Shown piece by piece: positions 9,186 to 20,080 of a DNA stretch of 64,000 bases. Positions within the stretch are counted from its first letter, which is position 1; every line of letters starts with the position of its first letter. The position numbers and the translations under genes were made by a program. Source of the DNA: Flectonema sp. DT1601 (lineage: Eukaryota); contig OZ025786.1 in NCBI GenBank assembly GCA_964019425.1, positions 186,001-250,000 on the forward strand, given 5' to 3'. The notes beneath the pieces were generated by a model. That model made no database searches, was not told where the DNA came from, and saw only the letters and a program-made list of their open reading frames with translations.

Positions 9186-12100
9186 GAGATTTTTGCTATT
9201 GGGGGGTCCAATAATTCCATTTTCGCTATTCAGTAAAAGAATTTTTTTTTTTTTCGCTGTTCACTGAATATGATAATTTTTTTTCGCTATTCACTGAAAG
9301 TGATAATTTTTTTTCTCTATTCAGTAACAAAAAAAAAAAAAATTTCGCTGTTCATGAAAAAAAAAAAAAAAAAAAAAATTCAAAAAAAAAAAAAAAAAAA
9401 AAAAAAATGACACTTTTTTTGCCACCAAAATATCCTTGAACATTTTCATACAAATCTGTGAATAAATGAATTGGTAACGGGTTGGTTAGTATTATGAACT
9501 TGATTGATTACTGTAACCTAATTTTCACTTTCGGTTTCTGTTTCTGATTCGCTTTCTACTTTTATTTTCTTTCTTGCCTTCAAGGCCGGCTTCTTCGATT
9601 TCTTTGGCGATGCCTTCTTCGCAGCTGATTGCTTAGCTGCTGCCTTCTTAGCCGCAGGTTTCGGATGGTTTGCCTCCGAGAGGGGCTCTTTGCAGGTAGT
9701 GGAGTAGTGTCCAAACCCCTGACAACGCGTACATTGTCTGCCTCCCTCTCCCTGAGACTTTATTCTCTTCTTTGGGGCACCAATTCCTCTCTGCGTTAAT
9801 GGTGGGAGGAGATCTGTTTTCAACCTCTCAATGAGGTAAACCCCAACTGGGCGGATCGGGGTGGCATACGCATTCCTGAGTGCACCATGTGTAAACTCCC
9901 TACTGACAGTGGACAGAGGGTTTATTTTTAGTGTCCTGTTTTTTGTTTTAAGGCTACATTCAAAATCATATACTGGGGAAGGTTGCAGCATACCTCAAAA
10001 AAGCACATGCATGGACACAGGGGACGCCTGTCTGTTCAGGCACCAAACAGGCGCACGTCACAATTTTTTCATTCGCGATGACCTTCACCAGGCGGGTACT
10101 TTCTCCCTTAATTACTGAAGCTGTGGGGATTACAATACAATATTAGTTTGAATGTTTTTGCAAGAGAGAGTTATAGGAATACCTTCATATACCTCCCCTA
10201 ACTTACTTACAGGTATTACATCGTAACGTGAGGCTTCGGCGTTAAGCGCCTCCACCTTGTCCTGCACGTGCTGTAGTACTCCGTCGTCGTTGCCTGTATC
10301 TTCCATGTGCCGTTCATAGAACCAACGAGAAAGCTGGCCTAGTAACCCGTTTAACAGGCCGAGGATGCTTTTCGCCCTTATCTTTGATAAGGAGGCGTTA
10401 AAGCTCTCCGCCAGGTTGGACGTTGTATGTCCATAATTCCGTGCTCTTATCTGGCACGTTGCCCATGATGTTGGGTCTTTCCCCTTCAGGTACTCCTGAA
10501 ATTCAGGATCGAGGGTGTCGAACACTTCCTCGTACCTCTCTTCCGATGACGTCATTCGAAGTTTCTTAAACTTCGACACGGCTTCCTTACTTTTGAAGGC
10601 AACCTTTATGTTGCGTTCCATGTGGGCTGAACACTTCAACCCCTTGGCCTGTGGGAACGACTTTTTCATCGCTGTGTCGAGGCCTTTCTGCTGGTCTGAC
10701 ATCAGTGCATACCCGTTGAAAAAATCTTCACCAAGCGTGCTGCGACACTTGTCAAAAAACCATCCCCAGGTTTTTTTGCTCTCGTTTCCTGTGATGGCAA
10801 AGGCAACTGGGAACTCTCGCCCAGAAGCATCCATGCCCAACAACGTTAGAAAATTCCCGACGTAGTACCCTTTCAGGGAGCACCCATCGGTCACCCCAAA
10901 ACCTTGGGGACAATGTTTTGCCCCGTCAATGCAGGGACCAAAGGCGAGGAACAAATGACAAAATCGTCCGTCCTTGTCCGCAATGTGCCACTTAGTCCCA
11001 GGGTTTGCCACCTCCGCTGCGCGGCACCACGACTCTAAGAATTTGTACCCGTCGTGGGGATCCCCGTTGATCTCCCTATCCGCCTTCTGCAGCGCGCGAT
11101 AGGCGGTGTCCTTCTTTATCACGACCCCCTTCTCCTTCATGTCTGCGATTAAACACGCCGCGGTGTATTTCTCTCCTAGAGACCTATGTTTAGTGTTGTG
11201 GCAAAAACTAATAGTAACCAACCAGACAATTATGAGGCAGGCAGGCATACCTACACTTTTCAGCAGCAAGGTATGAGACAGTATTCTTCATACCGTAGGA
11301 GCTGCTTTCTCCAACAGCACACGTGCTGTCGTGCCGAAGAACCACACGCGTTATGTGGTAGCAACCTTCGTCTGTTGCTGTGGCACATACTTTCCACCCA
11401 CATGCGTTTGTGCACGTGAATGTCACCCTTTTCCCCACTACGTGGCTTGTCTTAAACCCCCTTCCCGAAGAACAAGAAGCGAGGGTTACCCTCGCACGAA
11501 GTGCGTCAAAGGATTGAAAGGTTCCCTCAATACTAGGTCTTGTGTCAGCCAAAGCTGAGGCAGGCTGAGTTTCAGTGGCAGCAGGTTGAGTTTCAACTAT
11601 GTTTCCGGGCATCTTAGAGATTGAGAATAAGAGTTTGTAGTAAAAGAGTAAAAGCCTAGAGAGAAAGAAAAACGTTTATGATTAGGAACTTGTACGTTTT
11701 ACTGAACGAAGCATCGTAGGCGACCAGTTTCCTTCGAGAATCCGCAGATGGTGCAGGGCTAAACCGAGATGAGGAAGATAACACCCGCACACGGATGTTG
11801 AGATAACGTTTGTATGATGTTCATCTGGCTTGACGAGATTAGCAAAGACAAGTACTCACGGAAAGGTTGGGTTGTTCGTCAGGTCCTGATAGTGTGCTCA
11901 GCCTCTGAAAAATTTACTGAGTGCATGCAAAGAACGGTATGTGTGCAGGGCTGGGTCACCTTACAGAGAACTGTTGTCCTCTTACACGTCATTCCAACCG
12001 AATTTCAAAGTCAAGACACCTGCGAGTTACAGACAGCCTGGTCGCAAGCGACACTCCTGTTTCTGACCGGGTTATCAGGGTATCTAACTCATGCAAGCAT

Positions 12101-12386
12101 GAGAGCTTTTTTAAGGCTACTTTGAATTATCAAGAGCGCAGTACTGCCCGAAGGGTTCCCGCGTGTCAAGATGCATTTGCATGTACTGAGCAGAAGTTCC
12201 AGAAAGATTACTTTTATCATTTCCCAAGTCATCACATCCTTGACCGTTTGTGTTATTGGCTTTCAATCCATCCATTATCATAAATCCACAGATGAGTGTG
12301 CTGAATAGAAAGTAAAACAGCACAAAGCTCTTGTCCAAGTGACAAAAAAAATTGTTCAAGGTACCAGCATGTTCCCAGCAAAGAAG

Positions 12387-12420
<34 letters not shown>

Positions 12421-12697
12421 AAAAAAAATTTTTTTTTTTGGCAGTGGAAAAAGTTGTAACTTGTAGTGAACAGCGAAAAAAAAATTTCAACTTCTAGTGA
12501 ATAGCGAAAAAAAATTTGTAACTTGTAGTGAATAGCGAAAAAAAATTTGTAACTTGTAGTGAACAGCGAAAAAAAAAAATTTCTTTTACTGAACGGCGAA
12601 AAAAAATTATCACTTCTAGTGAACAGCGAAAAAAAAGTTACTGCTTTTAGTGAATAGCGAAAATGACATTATCAGGCACCCCAATAGCGAAAATCTC
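9186..12697 (-). mobile_element. Mutator-like DNA transposon (MULE-2), apparently intact
   Basis: Imperfect TIRs GAGATTTT(T/C)GCTATTGGGG...CATTTTCGCTATTCA; subterminal TTCGCT(A/G)TTCAC repeats inverted at the two ends; 9-bp TSD TTCTTTTTA (9177-9185, 12698-12706). Confidence 0.95.
9518..11612 (-). CDS. MuDR/MULE transposase, 4 exons (11612-11251, 11183-10183, 10120-9994, 9935-9518), 635 aa
   Basis: Three GT-AG introns (67, 62, 58 nt) join the ORFs in frame; motifs VTDGCSL, LMSDQQKGL, CSAH, TSNLAESFN; SWIM CACLVPEQTGVPCVH (exon 3, absent from the ORF track); CCHC CTRCQGFGHYSTTC; K/A/P tail. Confidence 0.92.
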
Positions 12698-12830
12698 TTC
12701 TTTTTATTTATTTTTTAAAGAAAAAAACTGAAAATAGAAATTAGTCGACAAAGTCGAACGATAAAAAAAACAATGATAACATTGTTTATTCTATTTTTTT
12801 TATTTTAAATTCTTTTTATTTATTTTTTAA
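12698..12830. repeat. Last satellite unit (type B)
   Basis: Same motifs; ends abruptly at TTTTTTAA|CAGGAG. Confidence 0.9.
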
Positions 12831-12968
12831 CAGGAGTTAAGATCACTTACATGAGTTAACACAACACAGATACGAGAGTCGCAAACTGAAGTAACACTAC
12901 CAATTCAACAAAAAATAATCAGGATCGGACACAAGGAGGAGAGTTCATTCTACCTCTCATTGTCCTTG

Positions 12969-13072
12969 CTGGTATCTTAAGTGTCTTGGTATCTCTTGTG
13001 TGTCGGTATCTCGGAAGTGCTGGTATCTCGTATGTGCGTTGGTATCTCTTGCGTGTTGGTATCTCTTGCACA
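12969..13072. repeat. Degenerate ~18-20 bp minisatellite with GGTATCT(C) core, 6 copies
   Basis: GGTATCT recurs six times with variable TG-rich spacers. Confidence 0.75.
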
Positions 13073-13289
13073 TAAAAAAAAAAAAAATATTGAGTTAACA
13101 TGATCAGTTTTATTTAACATTAAAGACAGACCGGAACTATTTGAAAATAAAATGTAGATGGGAAACAGTGAAAATTAAAATGAATGATAAGATTAAATGA
13201 GATTTATGACATAACAGACCAGATAGAGAGTAATAAAGGGAAAAGGAAAACGGGAAGGGTTCATTCACTTAGTTAAAGTTAAGACCGAT

Positions 13290-13830
13290 TAGTCAGTTTA
13301 AGGTCTTGACTAGGACCAACAAAAAAAAAAAAAAATAAATAAATAAATAACGATCAAGCTGAGCTGATCTTGTTTTTATTAAAATAAGGGGAGCGGGAGG
13401 GATGGGAGGAATAAAGGAAAAAAAAAGAAAAGGTCGATCAATTGGATCTGATCGTCGAGAAGAAGAAGACAATTATTTTAAAGGTCGATCGGCATAGCCG
13501 ATCGTTGAGAAAAAATAACCAGATATAAATACAATCAGTTTAAATTTAAAAAAAAAAAAAAAAAGATTAACGATCAAGCTGAGCTGATCTTGTTTTTATT
13601 AAAATAAGGGGAGCGGGAGGGATGGAAAGAATAAAGGAAAAAAAAAAAAAAAAAAAAAAAAGGTCGATCAATTGGATCTGATCGTCGAGAAGAAGAAAAC
13701 AATTATTTTAAAAAAAATGATCGGTATAGCCGATCGTTGAGAAAAGAACAGATATAAATACAATCGGTTTTGGTGATCGACGAGTGGAGCGATCACTTGA
13801 CAAGAAGGAAAAAAGAAAGGACCGATTAAT
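13290..13830. repeat. Diverged satellite-related family; two ~220-bp tandem copies (~13348-13541, ~13568-13769)
   Basis: Duplicated GATCAAGCTGAGCTGATCTTG...GGTCGATCAATTGGATCTGATCG...GATCGG(C/T)ATAGCCGATCG...ACAATC(A/G)GTTT; shares motifs with the main satellite. Confidence 0.8.
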
Positions 13831-14264
13831 TGGGGCTTTGGTTGTATTCCCAAGGCATGTTTTTTTTTTTTTTTTTTTTATTATTCATTTACATTTACAT
13901 TTTTTTTTTTTTTTTTTTTTTAAATTAATAATCACATTTTGTTCAAAAATATTTCATATTAGAGTAAAAGAAAAAGAAAAAAAAAGAGATAAGAGAAAAA
14001 AAAAAAAAAAACCATTGCTGGCCCCCTCACCACTCATAGAGGATGAGGAGGCCAGTAAGGCGTCACTCAAATCTATGCCAAGCCTTGGGAACTTGGATTG
14101 GGGTTTAGACCATTTACAATTAACAATTAACAATTAATCTGATTAACGTTATGATCTGACGGACATAAACATATCGACAAAATATTACAAACAAAACGAA
14201 CAATAAATAATAAATAAGCTAATAAACTAAATAAACAAAGTGATGTGAAAGTAAGGAAAAAGAA

Positions 14265-14798
14265 TTACAAGGGGGTGGAGTCACCGTGAACGTCATCAGC
14301 AGAACATCTCCTTCGATTATAACGATATCTTGATGGAGGGGTCCGTTTTTTCAGAGTTGAACGCTCAGACTTTCTCGGCGGAGTTTCAATTTCCTCATGT
14401 TCTTCTGTGTCTGGCGGACTCAAACCTTCTGCCCATGAAGCTAATTGGAACTTCAGGGCCGCAATTTGAGACCGTGCCAAGGCGAGTTGAACATTTAAAT
14501 CGCTCGCCAGTCCCGTTAACATCATGGATTGCTCAAGCTGCTCTGCGTGAGTTGTACACCGTTGGTGATTCAGCTCCGAGAGGCGAAGTTGGGCATCCAA
14601 AAGTTGTTCTGAGAGCTCTGCCGCTTTCTCGTTTGTTTCGAGAGAGTCATCTACTGCTCGACAGTAGTTCTCGAGTAAGTCAATCCTACCCTCGGACCAT
14701 TGTCTCGCAATAGGTGTATTCTCTTTAACGGAGATAACGTGACTCTCTTGTCGTAAAATCTTGGTCGGCGTGCGGTCGAGAGCTTCACTCTGCGGCAT
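14265..14798 (-). CDS. Hypothetical coiled-coil protein (177 aa), probably mobile-element derived
   Basis: ATG-initiated ORF with a heptad-like L/E/Q-rich core and basic tail; no recognised motif. Confidence 0.4.
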   Translation of the reverse strand: MPQSEALDRTPTKILRQESHVISVKENTPIARQWSEGRIDLLENYCRAVDDSLETNEKAAELSEQLLDAQLRLSELNHQRCTTHAEQLEQSMMLTGLASDLNVQLALARSQIAALKFQLASWAEGLSPPDTEEHEEIETPPRKSERSTLKKRTPPSRYRYNRRRCSADDVHGDSTPL

Positions 14799-14836
14799 TG
14801 TCGGAGGAATTGAGGCTAGAGGACAAAGAGGGGTGA

Positions 14837-16865
14837 TATAATTACGGTAAGAAGTACACTCGCAACAACCTCGATGCCATCAAGAACAACAGTGAGACAA
14901 CGATGCTCATATCGTTCAAGTTCAAACGAGGTGAGTACATGGATCGCATCAAAGTATGTGTAAAGGATAGTCTTCAGCTGATCCCATCATCGCTTGATAC
15001 ATTGTTGAAGAACCTGCCGAACAACCACAAACCTAGGATGACAGCCTTCATGTCTAAGAAGCTTGCAGATGCTGGTGCTGAAGTAAATGAGGAGAACCTA
15101 AGCTTACTCCTATCTAAAGGTGCGTTCCCATACACATGGTTTAAGAATCACAAGAGGTTAAGTGCCAAGGAGTTGCCTCCAAAGAAAGAATGGTATGACA
15201 CACTTAGCGATAAGCACATCAGCAGGGAGACGTTCGCCAAGGCAAAGAAGATATGGAGCATGCTGAAGATGAAGTCCTTCAAAGACTATCACGATCTATA
15301 TCTGGCAGGGGATGCATTGGGATTGGCTGATGTGATGGACAACTACCGCAACACATTTATAGCCTCTCATAGACTCGATCCAGTCTACTATGTTTCACTG
15401 AGCAGTTACAGTTGGGATGCGATGCTCCTGAATACCAACGTCCAACTAGACTTGATATCTGACCCAGACATGTATGCATTCTTCGAAGATCAGAAGCGAG
15501 GTGGTCTAACAATGGCTGTTCAAAGGCATGTAAAGGCAAACATCCCAAACACTGCAGACTTCAACAAGGACAAGGACCCAAGCTATCTTTGGTACACAGA
15601 TGCAAACAACCTGTATGGTTGGGCGATGATGAAGTTCTTGCCCTATGCAAACTTCCAGTGGGTGAAGGACACCTCATTTGTAACCCCAGAGTTCATAAGG
15701 AGCTATGATGATCAACAGTCAACAGGATATGCTATAGAGGTTGACCTAGAGTATCCTGAGTCGTTGCACAAGGACCACTGGGACTTCCCACTCGCCCCAT
15801 ACAACAGATCAGTAGACTATGACGAACTGTCTCCATATCAGAAGGGTGAGCTGGGTTGCAAGAAGGACAAGGCTGGTCATAAGAAGTTGATATGCGACTT
15901 CAATCCAAGAGTCAAACAGATCTACAATATCGAGTACCTGTCGTTCCTGTTAGATCACGGTTTGGTGCTGAAGAAAGTTCATCGCATTGTCAGCTATGAT
16001 CAGAAGGCTTGGCTTAGACAGTACATTGAGTTGAATACAGGGTTTAGACAGCAGGCTAAGAATGAATTTGAGAAGGACCTATATAAGTTACTGAACAACG
16101 CAGTCTATGGCAAGACACTGGAGAACGTTCGTGGTAGAGCTTCATGTAAGATAGTTGAGAACGACTATGACAAATTAGTAAAGGAACAATCTCACTATGC
16201 ATTCAAGTTCAGTAGAGTTGACATTGGTAACTTCTGCATGTTGGATATGCACAAGCGGAGCGTAACCCTCAACAAGCCTGTATATGCTGGTAGTCAGATC
16301 TTAGACTACAGCAAACAACTTATGACAGGCTTCTTCTATGACAAACTAATCCCACACTATGGACGGGACAACATATCACTCGTCTATACTGACACAGACA
16401 GCTTCATTCTACACATCAAGACAGATGACCTACATAAGTCACTGGAAGGTATCAAGGATGAACTGGACACCTGCAACTACCCAGAGGACCACTTCCTGTT
16501 CTCAAACAAACAAGAAGGTTGCGGGGTACTTCAAGGATGAGACAGATGGCAAACTGATCAGTGAAGGTATCTTCCTAAGAGCCAAGACATATGCTTACAC
16601 ATTAGTTGATGAAGCCCAAACACATGTAAAAGCTAAGGGAGTTCCAAGATCCAAGTCTGCAAAGTTTAAATTAGATGACTTCTCTAACACTCTTGAGACT
16701 GGTGAGAGTAAGTCTGTGACCTACAACTCCATAACCAGTAAGAGTACAAGACTAATGACAAAAGAGTTCCAACGTGTTGCATTAAGTAGATATGATGACA
16801 AGCGATACATCTGCCCTGATGGCAAGAGGACCCTTGCATATGGTAGCATTGAGATCCCGAAGTAA
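14837..16865 (+). pseudogene. Protein-primed family B DNA polymerase (Polinton/Maverick-adintovirus type), 5'-truncated, one frameshift near 16505
   Basis: KGAFPY, YL..D...LAD (ExoIII), LDP.YY, RGG, YTDANNLYGWAM, KLLNNAVYGKT, YTDTDS; the +1 frame continues KKVAGYFKDE, LRAKTYAY, KAKGV, DDKRYI..TLAYG. ExoI/II are missing because of an in-frame stop at 14834. Confidence 0.92.
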
Positions 16866-17101
16866 CTTTACCTGCATATCCATACTATTATTTAAATCAA
16901 TTATTTCTCCACAGGAACCTAACACATATTTAAACACAAGTCAAGTGATGTAAGCCAAACACCAGCTTCAGTTCTCAAGTAAGACAGGATGGAATGCCTT
17001 TTTTCTGTTACAATTTCATGGCTCAGTAATAAATTTGTGCAGTTTCTTACCTCAACATATATTCACAGTTAAACCCCATCCTCTATTTGCTTCTTTTAAA
17101 A

Positions 17102-18493
17102 ATGACGAAGAAGAAGGCTGTAAAAAAGGCAGCAAAGAAAACTGGGAAGAAGTCTGTAAGCAGCAGCAGCAGCAGTTCTACCAGTCACAAGGAAATGACT
17201 CCGAAACAAAAACCGAAAGCTACATCAGGTAGTCCACCCTCACCAAAGTCATCATTGAAGAAGGAAAAGAAGGCGAGAGGTAGTGATGATAATGAACCAG
17301 GTGAATATGACTTGAGGAAGGTACAATGGAATCTGGTTGTTGATGCAGAGAAAATGATCAAAGACAAAGAGGCAGATCTGAAGAAAGCTAATGACAAGTT
17401 GAATGAGTGTGTAGCTAAAGATGATTTCAAATCGAATGCATACAAGCATTGGAAAGAGCAAATAAAGAAACTGGAGGCTAGCATTAAGAGACTCGAAGGC
17501 CGAGAGGCAAGTTACCGTAAGAGTGCAGAGAATGAACAAGCGAGGAGGGTGAACACATCTTCAAGGGGATTTATGTTAAAGGGTACTGTGCCAGATGGTT
17601 TCAGCTATGGGAAGTACAAGGGGAATCTCTACAAATCTGCCGCGAACTTGCAGGGATATTCAATGAAGTGTGAATATGAAAAGACTGGAATAAGCGATTT
17701 AGCACCTGAAGGTCAATTAACAAGCAACAGCAACCTTAACGTCGAACTCTACTTCGAAACCAAGGAGAGGGCAGTGGACATGTGCAACAAGTGGGAAAAG
17801 CACCACAAACGGTTTGACCTGAATGAGATGAAACCTGTTCGTTTTGAACTTCAAGAAGCTCCTGAAGATTTCAATTTCGACTTCAATCAAAGGGTGAAGG
17901 AGAGAGATTACGACGATCAGGACACACCGAAGCGGACCTTTGCAGTAACAGAGGCACAGCAGACAGAGAGTATCCCCTCACACACCAGGGTAACCAAGGA
18001 ACAGGTCGAATACGAATCGCTGATGGACCACAGTAACGATCAGTTTTACGCCCTCAAATCATGTCACATATTAGAGAAGAGAGCGTGCAAAGGAAATAAG
18101 GCCTATGCTGACAACGATCCTGCAAACCGCCTTTTCATGAATGGAGACCTACACTCGATGTATGATGAACTTAACCTGTTGTCTGTTACCAGTGAACAAA
18201 CGAAATTCAAAAAAAACGATGACCAACGTTGCCCTGTAACCTTGCATCTTTATTTCAAGACACCAGAGCTTGCAATCCAGTACTTTTCGTGCTTACGCTC
18301 TCCAACACTGTCAGCTATTAATTCATGTGTCATTGCAGTTACAATAACTCATACAAAACCATCAGATTTTGTGAAATATCTGGTTGAACGGCATAACCGC
18401 AATATGCAAAACATGCAAGTAAGTGACAGTGTCAGTGTAAACAGCCAGCAAAATCTTGATGGTTGTGAGGAAGAAGGAACAGAAGAAAATTAA
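17102..18493 (+). CDS. Crinkler (CRN/CR)-like protein with C-terminal HNH-type nuclease domain, K/A/S-rich N-terminus and coiled coil (463 aa from first ATG)
   Basis: SCHIL...D..NRLFMNGDLHSMYD fits the HNH_2-type pattern (xHI...N.L.....H..[YF]D); flanking segments recall oomycete CRN C-terminal domains (from memory). Confidence 0.65.
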   Translation: MTKKKAVKKAAKKTGKKSVSSSSSSSTSHKEMTPKQKPKATSGSPPSPKSSLKKEKKARGSDDNEPGEYDLRKVQWNLVVDAEKMIKDKEADLKKANDKLNECVAKDDFKSNAYKHWKEQIKKLEASIKRLEGREASYRKSAENEQARRVNTSSRGFMLKGTVPDGFSYGKYKGNLYKSAANLQGYSMKCEYEKTGISDLAPEGQLTSNSNLNVELYFETKERAVDMCNKWEKHHKRFDLNEMKPVRFELQEAPEDFNFDFNQRVKERDYDDQDTPKRTFAVTEAQQTESIPSHTRVTKEQVEYESLMDHSNDQFYALKSCHILEKRACKGNKAYADNDPANRLFMNGDLHSMYDELNLLSVTSEQTKFKKNDDQRCPVTLHLYFKTPELAIQYFSCLRSPTLSAINSCVIAVTITHTKPSDFVKYLVERHNRNMQNMQVSDSVSVNSQQNLDGCEEEGTEEN

Positions 18494-18710
18494 AGTAGTG
18501 ACTAGTAGGTTTACAGTTGGTAAAGGAATACTTGCATAGACATAGTATACTAGTACTTTTTATTAGGTAGAGAACTTTCTTCCGCTGACAGATTCTTCAG
18601 TCTGTCAGCTATCTTTAGTGAGCCATCTGTTTAACAATTTGACATGGACGCTGCTTGGTGCATTGTTTGATTAAGTCTTTTTTCTCACTCAGTTGCAATT
18701 CTTTGAGAAG

Positions 18711-19690
18711 AACAGAACAGAACAGAACAGAACAGAACAGAACAGAACAGAACAGAACAGAACAGAACAGAACAGAACAGAACAGAACAGAACAGAACAG
18801 AACAGAACAGAACAGAACAGAACAGAACAGAACAGAACAGAACAGAACAGAACAGAACAGAACAGAACAGAACAGAACAGAACAGAACAGAACAGAACAG
18901 AACAGAACAGAACAGAACAGAACAGAACAGAACAGAACAGAACAGAACAGAACAGAACAGAACAGAACAGAACAGAACAGAACAGAACAGAACAGAACAG
19001 AACAGAACAGAACAGAACAGAACAGAACAGAACAGAACAGAACAGAACAGAACAGAACAGAACAGAACAGAACAGAACAGAACAGAACAGAACAGAACAG
19101 AACAGAACAGAACAGAACAGAACAGAACAGAACAGAACAGAACAGAACAGAACAGAACAGAACAGAACAGAACAGAACAGAACAGAACAGAACAGAACAG
19201 AACAGAACAGAACAGAACAGAACAGAACAGAACAGAACAGAACAGAACAGAACAGAACAGAACAGAACAGAACAGAACAGAACAGAACAGAACAGAACAG
19301 AACAGAACAGAACAGAACAGAACAGAACAGAACAGAACAGAACAGAACAGAACAGAACAGAACAGAACAGAACAGAACAGAACAGAACAGAACAGAACAG
19401 AACAGAACAGAACAGAACAGAACAGAACAGAACAGAACAGAACAGAACAGAACAGAACAGAACAGAACAGAACAGAACAGAACAGAACAGAACAGAACAG
19501 AACAGAACAGAACAGAACAGAACAGAACAGAACAGAACAGAACAGAACAGAACAGAACAGAACAGAACAGAACAGAACAGAACAGAACAGAACAGAACAG
19601 AACAGAACAGAACAGAACAGAACAGAACAGAACAGAACAGAACAGAACAGAACAGAACAGAACAGAACAGAACAGAACAGAACAGAACAG
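18711..19690. repeat. Perfect (AACAG)196 microsatellite
   Basis: 980 bp with no interruption seen. Confidence 0.98.
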
Positions 19691-19820
19691 TCTGAACGAG
19701 AATGAGCCCCTCAGTGATTAAACTCACCGCACACGCGATGCGCCGGTCCAAAGTCCGGAACCTCACCACAAGCGATGGTAAGGAAGGGTGATGGGTCACT
19801 GGGCACAAGCGATGCCCATT
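19691..19820 (-). mobile_element. Probable structured 3' end of a LINE/SINE whose tail is the (CTGTT)n tract
   Basis: GC-rich segment abutting the microsatellite; three stem-loops share the loop UCGC(U/G)UG on the minus strand. Confidence 0.55.
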
Positions 19821-19928
19821 TAGTTGTCAAAGTGACATGACGTATGGCAAACTGAACAGGTTTGACATCGCACAGCACACCAGCACCAACGGTACCATCT
19901 GGATATCACTCACTTTTTTCACTAGAAT

Positions 19929-20080
19929 TCACACATTTTCACACATTTTCACACATTTTCACACATTTTCACACATTTTCACAGGATTTCACTACCAGAA
20001 AGCAGCAAAAAATTAAGTGAAATATCGTGAAAAATCGTGAAAAATCGTGAATTTTCGTGTAGCAAAGTGAAAAATCGTGA
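19929..20080. repeat. (TCACACATTT)x5 followed by AAAATCGTGA-like repeats
   Basis: 10-bp tandem units; TTTTCAC and GTGAAAA cores are in inverted orientation, like transposon subterminal repeats. Confidence 0.7.

Noticed and set aside
6794..11612. Both MULE transposases are exactly 635 aa
   Set aside because: The sequences are highly divergent; treated as coincidence.
16495..16545. Programmed frameshift in pPolB
   Set aside because: The gene is already truncated; a simple indel or sequencing error in an AAAC repeat is more likely.
18584..18609. Helitron 3' hairpin (GCTGACAGA/TCTGTCAGC)
   Set aside because: No CTRR terminus at the expected distance and no RepHel evidence.
14837..18700. Complete Polinton
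   Set aside because: No TIRs, integrase, ATPase, protease or capsid genes seen.
18615..19808. Long ORFs (VLFCS)n and (NRTEQ)n
   Set aside because: Artefacts of a stop-free pentamer microsatellite.
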